From contig CAXXJS010000016.1 in assembly GCA_963662665.2 (NCBI GenBank), positions 1 to 64,000 of the forward strand: 64,000 bases of DNA. The letters are read 5' to 3'. The DNA is from Candidatus Latescibacterota bacterium (lineage in GTDB: Bacteria > Latescibacterota > UBA2968 > GCA-2709665). The notes below the pieces were generated by a model that saw nothing but the letters and a program-made list of their open reading frames with translations, made no database searches and was not told the origin of the DNA. The translations under genes were made by a program, and so were the position numbers. Positions 48,536 through 60,496 of the stretch are shown here, one piece after another (the first letter of the stretch is position 1; every line of letters begins with the position of its first letter).

Positions 48536-48859
48536 CTAAACGGCTACGACGCGTCGTTTTCCCTCCCTGTTTTCCGACGGGATGATTCGGATCTCAATAT
48601 CGCGATTCAGGCGGGTAAGAAACGTCATCAATCGCTCAACGCTGTAATGATTGAACTTTCCCTTCTTCAGACGGGATATTTCCGGTTGCTTCACTCCTAA
48701 CACCTCTGCCGCCTCCGCCTGGGTAAGCTTACGTTTTCCGATAATCTGGAACACTTCAAATCCAAGCGTCGATTTAAGAAACAGCTCCTCAGCGTCAGGC
48801 AAATCAAGATCCTCGAACACATTGCCCGAACTCTTTTCAATCTTGATTTTGTCGCTCAT
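48536..48859 (-). CDS. XRE/HigA-like helix-turn-helix antitoxin
   Basis: SSGNVFEDLDLPDA...LTQAEAAEVLGVKQPEISRL...YSVERL..FL..L..DIEI. Confidence 0.88.
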   Translation of the reverse strand: MSDKIKIEKSSGNVFEDLDLPDAEELFLKSTLGFEVFQIIGKRKLTQAEAAEVLGVKQPEISRLKKGKFNHYSVERLMTFLTRLNRDIEIRIIPSENREGKRRVVAV

Positions 48860-49041
48860 AACCCGCCTCCAATTCCTGCGCCACTCTCAGTCGTCTCCTG
48901 ACAGGATCGAGGTCTTTCTTCGGAGTCCTTCTACCGCGACTTGACTTCTTTTGAAAACAGTCTTCCTTCCGGACCGGCACGGGAAATTCCTTCAGCTTTT
49001 TCCTGGATTCTCCGATCCACAAGACTTCCTTTAAGTTCCAT
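48837..49041 (-). pseudogene. internally deleted RelE/Gp49-like toxin
   Basis: The Gp49-like N-terminus (VLWIGESRKKLKEFP..VRKE) is fused directly to the C-terminus (CFQKKS...TPKKDLD..RRRL), so the central part is missing. ATG 49041 is out of frame by one base. Confidence 0.75.
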
Positions 49042-49060
49042 TGGGCGCGAAACACTACAT

Positions 49061-49089
49061 AATATAACCAAATGGCTATAAAATGTCAA
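49061..49089 (-). promoter_or_regulatory. toxin-antitoxin promoter with overlapping palindromic operator
   Basis: TTGACA-17 bp-TATATT; the inverted repeat TATAGCCA-TT-TGGTTATA covers the spacer and -10. Confidence 0.7.
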
Positions 49090-49189
49090 GGGTTTCGACA
49101 TAAACAACGCCCGACAGACTACTTCATTATGGACAGGATTTACACGTTCGAAGGCAGAGAATCCGGATGGTCGTACAGCCGAGCCTGAT

Positions 49190-49708
49190 TCACAGGTATT
49201 GAAAGTACGTTACCTGGGGCTGCGCAATGTTGAATCCGGCTTTTTCATAAGCCCGGCGTGCGGGCGCGTGCCCCTCGTCCAGCCCGGTACCGACACACGC
49301 AAAACGAAGCCCTTCCGACCGAAAGTAGTCCAGCGCATATCGGTACATCGCCGTACCAAGCCCCTTACCCTGTGCTTCGGGCGCAACGGCATTGTTCGTA
49401 ATTCTACCAAGGGATTTCTCCCGATCGATCGAAAACGTCAGGAACGCAACCACGTTGTCCGTCTCCATTGCGGCTACAACCCGGAACCACTCCGGGTTCG
49501 ACTCCCAGTGACGACGTACCGCGGCTGTTTTCTCTTCTTCCCAGTTCGCGCACAGCACGGCGTGCATTTCGTCTCCCATAATCTCGACGGAACTGACGTG
49601 GATCCTCTGCCACGCCTGCCGGGCGATCTCACCCGCAAGCTCCATGTCTTCTGAAGCCGCCCGTCGTATTTGAAACCCGGGAGTGAGTACAGATTCCGGC
49701 CGGCTCAT
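49190..49708 (-). CDS. GNAT family N-acetyltransferase
   Basis: AVAPEAQGKGLG, ARRAYEKAGF. Confidence 0.9.
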   Translation of the reverse strand: MSRPESVLTPGFQIRRAASEDMELAGEIARQAWQRIHVSSVEIMGDEMHAVLCANWEEEKTAAVRRHWESNPEWFRVVAAMETDNVVAFLTFSIDREKSLGRITNNAVAPEAQGKGLGTAMYRYALDYFRSEGLRFACVGTGLDEGHAPARRAYEKAGFNIAQPQVTYFQYL

Positions 49709-49944
49709 CCAACCTCCTGATAACTCCGATACGGCGATATGTTATCCATTTTGTGTCTGCATGCCGGGTAAATCCGTTACAGAAGGGGACAGCCGGGTTT
49801 TCGTCGGCTATTCGTCACGCGGACGGACACAAACGTACTGCCGGGGGCGCTATTCCCAACACACAAAGGCGTTGACTTTCGGACTTGAGCCGATATCTTG
49901 AAATTGAACCCTACAACCAGCCAGGCACGAAAGGAGCGCCACGG

Positions 49945-50709
49945 ATGAAACTTGGAATCGTTACTTACCAGATCGCCAAAGACTGGGATGTCCCCACACT
50001 GATCGACATGTGCCATACTACCGGGATGCAGGGGGTTGAACTGCGCACCACACACGCCCACGGCGTGGAAATCGACCTTTCACCCATTCAGCGCAGCGCA
50101 GTAAGGCGTCGGTTCGAAGACGCGGGCATTGATATCGTCGGTCTCGGAAGCGTCTGTGAATACCACGCCGTGGAACCGGAGACCGTGCGCCAGAACATCG
50201 ACGAAACCGTCGAAAACGCGAGACTCGCCGCGGACCTGGGCTGCCCCGGTGTAAAGGTGCGACCCAACGGGCTGCAGACGGATAGAGGCATCCCCGAAGA
50301 AAAGACCCTTGAACAGATCGGTCTCGCACTCAGGGAATGCGGTGAAGCCGCTGCCAGCCTAGGCGTCCAGATTCGAGTGGAGGTCCATGGCCGGGACACC
50401 TGCGAACCCCGGCGCATGCGCACCATCATCGACCATGCCGACCACCACAACGTCTGTCTCTGCTGGAACTCGAATCCGCAGGACGTCGTCAACGGTTCGG
50501 TCAAGCCGGGTTTCGACCTGCTGAAACATAAAATCGGGCTTGTGCACATCAATGAACTGCACAAGGCCGAATACCCATGGCGGGAACTCTTCAGTCTCCT
50601 GAAAGACGAGGGATATGACGGGTATACCCTGGCCGAAATCCCCGCCAGCCCGGAGCCGGAGCGCCTGTTGCGCTACTACCGGGCGCTTTGGGAGGCGCAA
50701 ACGGCCTGA
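49945..50709 (+). CDS. sugar phosphate isomerase/epimerase (xylose isomerase-like TIM barrel)
   Basis: GVELR, VEVHG, CWN, VHINE, GYDGYTLAE; AAGGAG RBS before ATG 49945. Confidence 0.85.
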   Translation: MKLGIVTYQIAKDWDVPTLIDMCHTTGMQGVELRTTHAHGVEIDLSPIQRSAVRRRFEDAGIDIVGLGSVCEYHAVEPETVRQNIDETVENARLAADLGCPGVKVRPNGLQTDRGIPEEKTLEQIGLALRECGEAAASLGVQIRVEVHGRDTCEPRRMRTIIDHADHHNVCLCWNSNPQDVVNGSVKPGFDLLKHKIGLVHINELHKAEYPWRELFSLLKDEGYDGYTLAEIPASPEPERLLRYYRALWEAQTA

Positions 50710-50779
50710 ACCGAGGCACAATCGCGATCAGGGCATCAACACGGCGGCACGTGGAACGGTCCCGGCGGCTGGCATTCCC

Positions 50780-52684
50780 CTAAAGCCCGGGCACCCGGAA
50801 GCTCCAGACTTCCGAACTATGGGTGAAATAAAGCCGGCCTTCGTGTAATACGATTCCCGCGTTCGCGTTGACCGGGGGCTCCCCCACCTGCACGTGTTCG
50901 AACGAACCCGGCTCAATGCGAACGATCGCGTTGCGAAACAGCGCATAGATCCTGTCGTCGGGTCCAGTTGCCAGGATCCTTGGGGCCTGTTGGCCGGCGA
51001 GATCGCCGTATGGCAGTTTCGACTCGAAGTGAACGACTTCGCGCGATTCGGGATTGAAAACGAAGAACGCGGATCCGTCGGCGAGACCGTAGATCAGTCC
51101 GTCCGGACCCGGCAGCAGGTCCCGAATCTCCGAGGCGCCCGGCACAACGGCTTCGCGAAACAGCACCCGGCCTTCATCCGGATCCAGTAAGTAGAGTTCC
51201 GCCTCCTTCGCGCGCGCTTCCCCGCCCGTACCGGGGCTGATCGTCGTGCCCCCCACGATGTTCCCGCAGGGCGTTGCCGCGAGCGATACCGTGCTGTGAT
51301 CAGGAATGAGATCCTCGTGTGTCAGCAGCGTGTGGCTCTCAGATTCAGTATCCCAGATCAGCATCCCTCCGCCCGTCAATCCATACCCGGGCGTACCCGT
51401 CATGATCAGGCGCCGACCGTCCGGGTGCGCCAGCAACGCGTGCGGGCGGATTATCGTTGGGCTCACGGAAATCAGAACCCTTGGGTTCGGATTTTCCGGC
51501 GCTCGATCGGCCCAGGGCAGAAACGGATCGTATTCCCAGAGCCTGCCGCCCGAGTATTCTCCGCAATAGATTTTCCGGCCCTGAACGGAAAGCGCGTTAA
51601 GGTGTCCGCTCAGGTCCCATAGACCACGGTGGATGAACGTATCAGCCTGAACATCGTACGTATAAAACCGCAAGGGATGCCCGGTTGAACCGTGGATTCT
51701 GCCGTCCGGACCTTTTGCGATCGACAGAATGTGCGACCCGGCGGACTCAAAGTCGATGTCCAGCCGCCTGACCGTTCCCGCCTCCCGAACGTCGACGTAT
51801 CGCTCGGGCAGGTTGATCTCCTCCAGCGCCAGGCCGTCCGGAAAATTGTCCAGGACCGCCTCCTGGCTGCCGGCCGGAATGGGCTGCTCGGCGGCGGGCG
51901 CGTCCACGGGCGTCACCCCGCCTTCGAGCATTGCCCACCAGGGCCCGCCGTTGAAGGGTCTCCCGTACACCCTGCCGTCCACCCCCCGGTAGACCGTTGA
52001 TGCGCCGTGCCGGCGATCCGATTCGGGAACCAGCGTGGTCCGCTCCCCGGTTCCCGGATCGAACGCCACGATCTGCCCGCGCGTCGAGCCGATGCCCACG
52101 TAGACCCAGCCGGAACCGTCCACCGCGATTGTCCTGGGGTACTGCGGCCACGTCTCATGATTCAGCGGACCATGGTTTATCAGGTCGCCGCTGTCGGGAA
52201 CGTAACTGAGCAGTTCGCAATTGGGATACGCGGACGTCCAGACGACGCCGTGATCGTCCTCCGTAAACGACATCGCGAAATTCGGCGGCGCATCGGACCA
52301 GAACGTGAAGCGACGCGTTTCGGCGTCGAACTCAACGAATTTATCGAAATAGGAATAGAACCGGTTCCGCGTGGACAGGAGCACGGCAAACGGGGTAGAG
52401 GCCATTCCGAACGGGGTCGGAATCTGTTCCACCTGCCCCGTCCGCGCATCGATCACCAGAATCGAACCGCAGCCCCGGTGGTCCATCGGCCACGCCAGAA
52501 CTATCGGCCGCCCGTCGCCGTCAACCGTTGCCGCCACCCCTCTCGCGCGGGACACCGGGGCGGCCACGCCGTGCAGCGCGAACCCGTCTCCGATATCGCG
52601 TGTCCCAGCGCTTGCCGGACGCCTGATTGTCAGCGACAGGGCGATAAATAACGCCGCAAATGCCTCGATTGGTACGAGACTCAT
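50780..52684 (-). CDS. hypothetical protein, probable beta-propeller
   Basis: 634-aa ORF with repeated 'GPDGRI/LYG' and 'YDP..G' strands; hydrophobic N-terminus. Confidence 0.7.
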   Translation of the reverse strand: MSLVPIEAFAALFIALSLTIRRPASAGTRDIGDGFALHGVAAPVSRARGVAATVDGDGRPIVLAWPMDHRGCGSILVIDARTGQVEQIPTPFGMASTPFAVLLSTRNRFYSYFDKFVEFDAETRRFTFWSDAPPNFAMSFTEDDHGVVWTSAYPNCELLSYVPDSGDLINHGPLNHETWPQYPRTIAVDGSGWVYVGIGSTRGQIVAFDPGTGERTTLVPESDRRHGASTVYRGVDGRVYGRPFNGGPWWAMLEGGVTPVDAPAAEQPIPAGSQEAVLDNFPDGLALEEINLPERYVDVREAGTVRRLDIDFESAGSHILSIAKGPDGRIHGSTGHPLRFYTYDVQADTFIHRGLWDLSGHLNALSVQGRKIYCGEYSGGRLWEYDPFLPWADRAPENPNPRVLISVSPTIIRPHALLAHPDGRRLIMTGTPGYGLTGGGMLIWDTESESHTLLTHEDLIPDHSTVSLAATPCGNIVGGTTISPGTGGEARAKEAELYLLDPDEGRVLFREAVVPGASEIRDLLPGPDGLIYGLADGSAFFVFNPESREVVHFESKLPYGDLAGQQAPRILATGPDDRIYALFRNAIVRIEPGSFEHVQVGEPPVNANAGIVLHEGRLYFTHSSEVWSFRVPGL

Positions 52685-52959
52685 ACCTGACGTTCCTTTC
52701 GATGACGGTCGTGAAAGCCAACGTATTCACGCCCGTTCAAACGCCGCCACGCCGAACCCGCCGTGCTCGTTCCGCGGACTCACGACGGCCGGATAGATTC
52801 CGTTGAAGCGCCCGTTCTTCATTCTTCCTCTTCATGCCGTATCGAATTCGCGAGTCTCCTGCGGTTGCAAATATGCCGAGCCCCGTTCGTAAAGTCAAGC
52901 GGATGCGCCTGTACCCGGGCAATGACGACAGACAGCAGCACCATACCTGCCGGTACCGG

Positions 52960-52988
52960 AAAAAAGCCGACCGCTGATACAGTCGGCT
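52960..52988 (-). terminator. intrinsic terminator downstream of the gamma-carboxylase-like gene
   Basis: Minus strand AGCCGACTGTATCAGCGGTCGGCTTTTTT. Confidence 0.65.
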
Positions 52989-53108
52989 CCTGCAAGTCCC
53001 CTCGGAAGTAATCCTGACTTCGCGACCCGGCGCACCGGACTCCGGTATGCTAACGCTGCCACGGAAGGAGTTCACAGCCTGGCTTGCACGTGACGGCGCA
53101 AAGTATCG

Positions 53109-53648
53109 TCAATTGCGCAATGTAATCCATTCGTTGTGCCCGAACAGGGAATATCCGACGGCAGCGAGGTTGACAGTCTCACCAACAAGGGGTCTGTAGT
53201 CCCTGCCGTTCAATGAAACCAACGAACGAACGTATACAGGCGCGTTTTCGAAACCACCTTGCCTGAGTTTCTCCGAAAGGTGCCTTGCGTATTGATTTAT
53301 CATATGCGGTCTGGTGGACATTTTGCGCCGCTGCCTGCGGGACAGTTCGGAGGTCGGCAGGACGACCAATTGACCGGTGTCCGGATCTCTGGTATGGAAC
53401 GATATCTCACGCGCACGCTTGTCCCGGAGTTTCATCCGCCAGGAAAAATTGTGTCCTTCGTCCGTCCATGCGACGTCGCCCTCTATGGCAAAATGGCGCA
53501 GCGGCAGAATCAACTGCGCGGCCGCGAACGCAGCCAGCAACAGGGCCTTCGCAGGGCGTCTGATCCCGTATCGTGTATCGTGTTTGCTGCCGGAATCCGA
53601 ATTCGCGGCGGCGTCAACCGGCCTGGTCAATACTCCATTCCAGTTCAT
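53109..53648 (-). CDS. vitamin K-dependent gamma-carboxylase-like protein, C-terminal (post-HTTM) domain only; may be a truncated gene
   Basis: QLILPLRHF...VAWTDEGHNFSWRMKL...Q..KMSTRPHMI.QYARHL...VSLNGR...LV...VNLA matches the C-terminal part of bacterial HTTM/VKGC proteins. No HTTM-coding sequence was seen upstream. Confidence 0.72.
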   Translation of the reverse strand: MNWNGVLTRPVDAAANSDSGSKHDTRYGIRRPAKALLLAAFAAAQLILPLRHFAIEGDVAWTDEGHNFSWRMKLRDKRAREISFHTRDPDTGQLVVLPTSELSRRQRRKMSTRPHMINQYARHLSEKLRQGGFENAPVYVRSLVSLNGRDYRPLVGETVNLAAVGYSLFGHNEWITLRN

Positions 53649-53888
53649 TTTTCGAAGACGTTACCGAGGCCGGTCAGGCGCCCGTCACCACTACTCATCG
53701 AAATGGACTCGCATTCTGAAGAATTTCAGACCGTTGAAATCCGGGACGCCGTCCCTGGTACGTCCACTTCGCGGGTTGTAATCCCGATCAGTCTCAACGC
53801 AGGTCAGGACACTCGAGAGACGGACGGCGCCAGAAACGCGCAATGAAACTCGCAATCGAAAGAATCGCGCTAATGACGGATATGCCGG

Positions 53889-55430
<1,542 letters not shown>

Positions 55431-55468
55431 CTCCGTTTCCCTACCTGTAAGTATAAAATACAGAAAGG

Positions 55469-56164
55469 CTATTTGCGCTTTTTCTGAGACAGGTTGAAGC
55501 TCACGATGATCCGATCGGCGGCCTTCCCCTCGGCCCTGGATCGATTCGGAGCCACGCTATGGTACAGCCAACTCGGGAAGATCAGCATTCTTCCGGCCAC
55601 GGGTTTGTATCGGACTTTCGTCCAGCAGATTCGTGGTCGTCTGGTGCCGGGGATGTATCTGACGGGATTCATCAGGTTCTGGGTGCGCGGATCGATGAAC
55701 TCGATTCGACCCGAATTCGTGGGCGCCTGGACGTAGTAGACGCCGCTCCAGATGCAGCCGGGGTGGATATGTGCCCGGTTCACTCCACCCGGTGGATTGA
55801 TGATCGACCACATCGTGCCGATGCTCAGTTGATAGGACCTGTGATAACCGAGTTCGCGGCACATCAGGTCCGAAGCCGCGTCGACGCATTGAACCAACTC
55901 CGTAAATATAACGTCCTTGTGCATATTGACGTGGCTGTGCCAACTCCCCAACTCCGGAAAGTTCGACTTGGGCACCCCTGCTTCGTCGCGTTCTCGTTCT
56001 GCGTAGATCGCCTTGATCACGTCGGCGTTCAGAAGCTCGCTGTCCGGTACTTCCAGAGAAAAAATGAGCGTCGGGAAATAGGGTTGCACCTTGAGCGCGT
56101 TTTCGGACAGACGAGCCGCCGGGCCGCAGTCCTCGGCGCCACGGTTCGGAGTGTCGCGCGTCAC
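55469..56164 (-). CDS. 2OG-Fe(II) oxygenase (TIGR02466-like)
   Basis: FPT, W..IN..G..N.AHIHP...SGVYYV, F.DPR, FPSWLYHSV.PN, RIIVSFN. Confidence 0.87.
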   Translation of the reverse strand: MTRDTPNRGAEDCGPAARLSENALKVQPYFPTLIFSLEVPDSELLNADVIKAIYAERERDEAGVPKSNFPELGSWHSHVNMHKDVIFTELVQCVDAASDLMCRELGYHRSYQLSIGTMWSIINPPGGVNRAHIHPGCIWSGVYYVQAPTNSGRIEFIDPRTQNLMNPVRYIPGTRRPRICWTKVRYKPVAGRMLIFPSWLYHSVAPNRSRAEGKAADRIIVSFNLSQKKRK

Positions 56165-56435
56165 TTTATTTCCTCATCGTCACGATAAGGGACCTCGCAC
56201 TAATCCTTCATTTCACTAACGGGCGGAAGTCCAGGAGGCCATCCTCGGGCCCTTCCCTGCTGGAATCGGTCTGAAAGACCGTAGTCTTACGAATGTATCG
56301 AAATGGCCGCGCTAATTCAAGAATTATCCTGGCGCTGGCGGTGCGGCGAACAAAGGAAATGGCCGAGTGGAAACGAAGACGTCGATCTGATCGCGCGCCG
56401 ATGCAGGTTGATTCGGGGCACGACTTGCCGCTTCG

Positions 56436-57011
56436 TTACAGATCCTTGTACCAGGTCAATTCCACCTCGTCCAGGCCCTCGGCGCGATAGGCATAGAGAT
56501 GGACTTTGCCGAGCCGCGCGCCCATGCGGGCGTAAAAGCGGCAGGCGGCGACGTTGACGTTCTGGGTCTCGATCTTCAACTGTATGCAGCCCCTTTCCCT
56601 GGCAGAGGCTTCCACACGATGAAACAGCGCCCTGCCGACGCCCCGTCCGCGATATTCCGGACTGACGCGAATGTCCCACAGGCCCGCGAGGTCTCGTCTC
56701 CCTTCGCAGTAGTTCAGGCCGTCGCCATGAAACGCGACGATGGCGCCGCCGATGCGCTCGTGATCGAGGAAGGCACCCAGGAAGATCCATTTCGACAGGT
56801 CCCAAGGTTTGCGGGCCCATCGTTCGGGGCCGTCGGGCCGGTCGTAGTCCTTGATCCAGGGTGGATTCACGGCTTCCTCGATCAGCCGGATTCCCCCGAG
56901 GCCATCGGATACCTGCTCGATGCGAAAGCGGCGCTTAACCTCGAAGGCGATGGGCACCTTCCCGTATTCGGGCAGGACGCCGGCGGTTTCTACCTCTATC
57001 TTGAACTCCAT
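56436..57011 (-). CDS. GNAT family N-acetyltransferase
   Basis: DIRVSPEYRGRGVG, ETQNVNVAACRFY..MG (streptothricin-acetyltransferase-like fold). Confidence 0.88.
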   Translation of the reverse strand: MEFKIEVETAGVLPEYGKVPIAFEVKRRFRIEQVSDGLGGIRLIEEAVNPPWIKDYDRPDGPERWARKPWDLSKWIFLGAFLDHERIGGAIVAFHGDGLNYCEGRRDLAGLWDIRVSPEYRGRGVGRALFHRVEASARERGCIQLKIETQNVNVAACRFYARMGARLGKVHLYAYRAEGLDEVELTWYKDL

Positions 57012-57356
57012 TGGCGTTCCGGTCTCGTCATGGCGATGCGACGGAAAAAGCGTATAGGGTATCTCGCGGTATGTCTTCCGTGAAACTCTGCGGCTGGAAT
57101 ATTGGGCGTCCTTGTCCCGGTACCATTTGATATGTGAAACGTGATGAAGATACCGATATCTTTAAACCGCGGTCAAGTTCCTTGTGCGGCGAAACGAAGT
57201 GCGTCAGTTATGTTTTACACGCGGCCTGCTTCATCCGCCGGAACCATCGGTCAACAATCCGGACCACGCATAACCCGTTAATTTCATTGCATTTTGTGAG
57301 TACTTTGTCTATTTTCCGTCTTTCGTTTTCAAACTACGGATCAAGGCATTCCCATA

Positions 57357-58733
57357 ATGACCCGAAAAACCGTCGCAGGGCTGATTCTCGCCGTCCTTCT
57401 GCCGCTGGTCGTCCTCCTGTATCCGGGCGACGTCGGCACCGTGCCTCGTCTGGCGCTGGCGTTGTCTCTTGCCACCGTTGTGCTGTGGACCTTCGAACCC
57501 GTCCCGCTCGAATACAGTTCCCTGCTACTGATCGTCCTCTTCCCCATCCTGGACGTACTCCCGTTTGAAACCGCCTTCGGGCCCTTCTCCAGCAGAACCG
57601 TCTGGCTGATATTCGCCGGCATGGCGCTCAGCCTGAGCATCACCGAAACCCCGCTGGGCGCCCGGATATCCCGCCTGGTGCTCGGACACATCGACAGCCT
57701 GCACGGGCTAATCCTCGCGCTCCACGTCCTGGGCATGCTCTCGGCGCTTCTCATACCTTCGGGGGTCGTGCGGATCCTGATCCTCATGCCCCTTATCATC
57801 ACCCTGCTGCGGACGCTCGGCGAACCCCCCGGATCCAGAGTAAGCGCCGCGCTGATTCTTTCTCTGGCCTGTTCCACATATTACGGCGGCACCGGCGTCC
57901 TTACGGCTTCGGTGCCCAGCCTGGTGGTCTTCGGCGTTCTGGAATCCAGGGATATTACCGTCTACTGGGGCCAGTGGGCAATGTATCTCTTTCCTGTGTT
58001 CTCCTTCTGCCGTGTCGCGTGCTGTTACCTGCTGATCCGCCTGCTACTGCCACTGCGAGGCGATTCCCGTATCCGGACGAAACCCGAAGGCGATCCCGAC
58101 GTGCCCGATGCCGTTACGCTCGAAGAAAAGAAAACCCTGTGCATCCTGCTTGCGGGCGTGCTGCTGTGGGCCACCGACGCGCTCCACGGCATCCACCCGG
58201 CCTACGTTGGCCTGGGGCTGGTTCTCGCTTGTTATCTTCCCGGATGGGGACCTCTCCACCCTGATCTGCTGAGAAAGGTCAACTTTCCCCTGCTCATCTA
58301 CATCGCCGCCGCGTTCTCCGTGGGGCATGCCCTTGAAACAACCGGCTACAGCCCCCGCCTCGCCGAGTTGTTTACGGACTGGCTTTCACACGCAGGCGAA
58401 AGCCTGTTCTCCAAACTCATCCTGCTCTCTGCAGTCATTCTGCCTTTCAACTTTCTGGCGGACACGGCTGCTGTGGCCGCTATACTCACGCCGGTGCTTC
58501 TGGACGTGGCCGCCCAGTCCGACATCGCGCCGCTCCCCGCCGCATTCTGTATGGCCATTGTCGCAAGTTGCGGGTTTTTTCCTTACCAGGCGGCGCCGTT
58601 CATCCTGGCGTACAGCTTTCGCTACGTGCATATGGGCCAATTCATCCGTCTGATGGTTCTCCTTGCGCTGGTTTCGCTCCTGCTTCTGATCCCGCTCAAC
58701 TTCCTGTATTGGGGACTGATCGGATTGATCTGA
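57357..58733 (+). CDS. SLC13/DASS family anion transporter
   Basis: About 12 hydrophobic segments, 'WLIFAG', 'LIPS...R', 'TASVP', 'PYQAAP'. Confidence 0.82.
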   Translation: MTRKTVAGLILAVLLPLVVLLYPGDVGTVPRLALALSLATVVLWTFEPVPLEYSSLLLIVLFPILDVLPFETAFGPFSSRTVWLIFAGMALSLSITETPLGARISRLVLGHIDSLHGLILALHVLGMLSALLIPSGVVRILILMPLIITLLRTLGEPPGSRVSAALILSLACSTYYGGTGVLTASVPSLVVFGVLESRDITVYWGQWAMYLFPVFSFCRVACCYLLIRLLLPLRGDSRIRTKPEGDPDVPDAVTLEEKKTLCILLAGVLLWATDALHGIHPAYVGLGLVLACYLPGWGPLHPDLLRKVNFPLLIYIAAAFSVGHALETTGYSPRLAELFTDWLSHAGESLFSKLILLSAVILPFNFLADTAAVAAILTPVLLDVAAQSDIAPLPAAFCMAIVASCGFFPYQAAPFILAYSFRYVHMGQFIRLMVLLALVSLLLLIPLNFLYWGLIGLI

Positions 58734-58878
58734 GAATCAGGTAAAGCGACCGCTGATCCCGTCGCCGCAGACGTACTTCAAGCCCTTGACATTCCCTTTA
58801 GCGCTTGACAAGCCCAGGATGTACGGGTACCATCGATGGTTCGACTGTAATGGTGCCAATTCACAATGGAGATGCCCG

Positions 58879-60496
58879 ATGGATGCACTGCAAATCAACG
58901 GAGACACGGCCCTGGCCCGGGGCGCAATCGAGGCCGGTGTCGGCTGCGTTACCGGGTATCCCGGCTCCCCCGGCACAGGTACGTTTACCGCGCTTGCCGA
59001 GACGGCGGACGAATACGGCCACGATACCGAGTGGTGTCTGAACGAACGCATTGCCCTGGACGTTGCGGCCGGCGTATCCCAGGGCGGCCGGCGGGTGCTC
59101 GTATGCTTGAAGAGCGTGGGCATGAACGTGGCGCTGGACACCCTGATGGTTCTGAATATGACCGGCGTTCACGCTGGCCTGGTGATCCTCATGGGCGACG
59201 ATCCCGGCGCGTGGGGGTCCCAGAACGAGCAGGACGGACGATTTTTCGCCCCCCCTTGCCGAAATCCCCATGCTCGAGCCGGCGACGCCTGCGGAAGGCC
59301 GGCGAATGATGCGCTGGGCCTTTGATTTCTCGGAAGCGTTCCGGACGGTCGTCATCATTCGCATTACCCGGAGCTTCAGCGTCTGCGAAGCCAACCAGCC
59401 CCCTGTCCGCAAGCCCGCGTCCTTGCATGCGCTGGAACCGGACAGGGAGCCGATGCGCTGGATTTCGTCACTGTCCAACTGCATACCCAACCACCGACGG
59501 CTCCATCGAAATCTCAAGGACATCTCTCAAGCGTTCGAAGGTGTTCCCTTCAACCGGATCGAGGGCGACGGGGACATGGGCGTCATCGCATCCGGATTCG
59601 GCCACACCAAACTCAAGGACGCGCTGGAAGGTGCGGATACGTCGGATCTCAGGTACCTCAAACTCGGTTCTCTCTATCCCCTTCCCAGGGGCCTTATCAC
59701 AAATTTCCTGAAACAATGCAGACAGGTCCTTGTACTTGAAGAAGTGGACCCGTATCTCGAAGACAGCATTAAAACCATCGGGTACGACGCGGGCGTCACC
59801 CCGAGCGTCATCGGCAAACGCAGCGGTCATGTACCGGGAGAAGGTGAACTCTTCCGATGGCAGATGCAGAAAGCGCTGAAAGCCCTTCTGCCGGACATGG
59901 CGCCGAAGCGCGTCTTCAACGAAGCGGACTGGCAGAAGGAAAAACCATACAGGAAGTCACACTGCGCCGGCTGCCCTTACAATGACATCCTCTCCGCGCT
60001 GCGTGAAGAAGCGGCCGCCCTGGGCCAGAACCCATTTCTCACCGCCGATCCCGGCTGCGTTGTCATTGCCGCCCGATACCTCGACACCAAGCTGTGCATG
60101 GGATCCGCGGTCGGCGCCGCACTGGGACTCCGGAAAGCGGGAGTTCGAGAGCGTGTCGTGGCCATCACAGGCGACTCGGCCTTCTACCACAGCAGCGTCA
60201 ATGCGCTGATTCATGCCAGATCCACCGGCGCCGACCTGTTGCTTGTGGTCCTCGACAACGCCGGCTCACTCACGACCGGAGGCCAACCCACCCCCGATCG
60301 AGGCGTCCCGGCCAACGGAAAAACCGGTCCGGTCGTTGGCATCGACGACCTGGCAGCGGCCTGCGGCGTCGACCCGGTCTGGACGGTAGAAGAAACGGAT
60401 ACTGAGGCTCGCATGCGCGCTATCTTCCGTGAAGCCCTGCAGACCGAAGGGCTCGGCCTGGTGACGATTCGCAAACGCTGCGAACCGGTGGACTGA
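58879..60496 (+). pseudogene. iorA: indolepyruvate:ferredoxin oxidoreductase alpha subunit-like, with a +1 frameshift (probably an artefact)
   Basis: GYPGSPGT, NERIAL, KSVGMNVALD, DDPG..GSQNEQD, then in the other frame MLEP...CAGCPY...GDSAFYHS...DN (TPP motif). Removing one C from the C7 run at 59249-59255 joins them. Confidence 0.85.
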
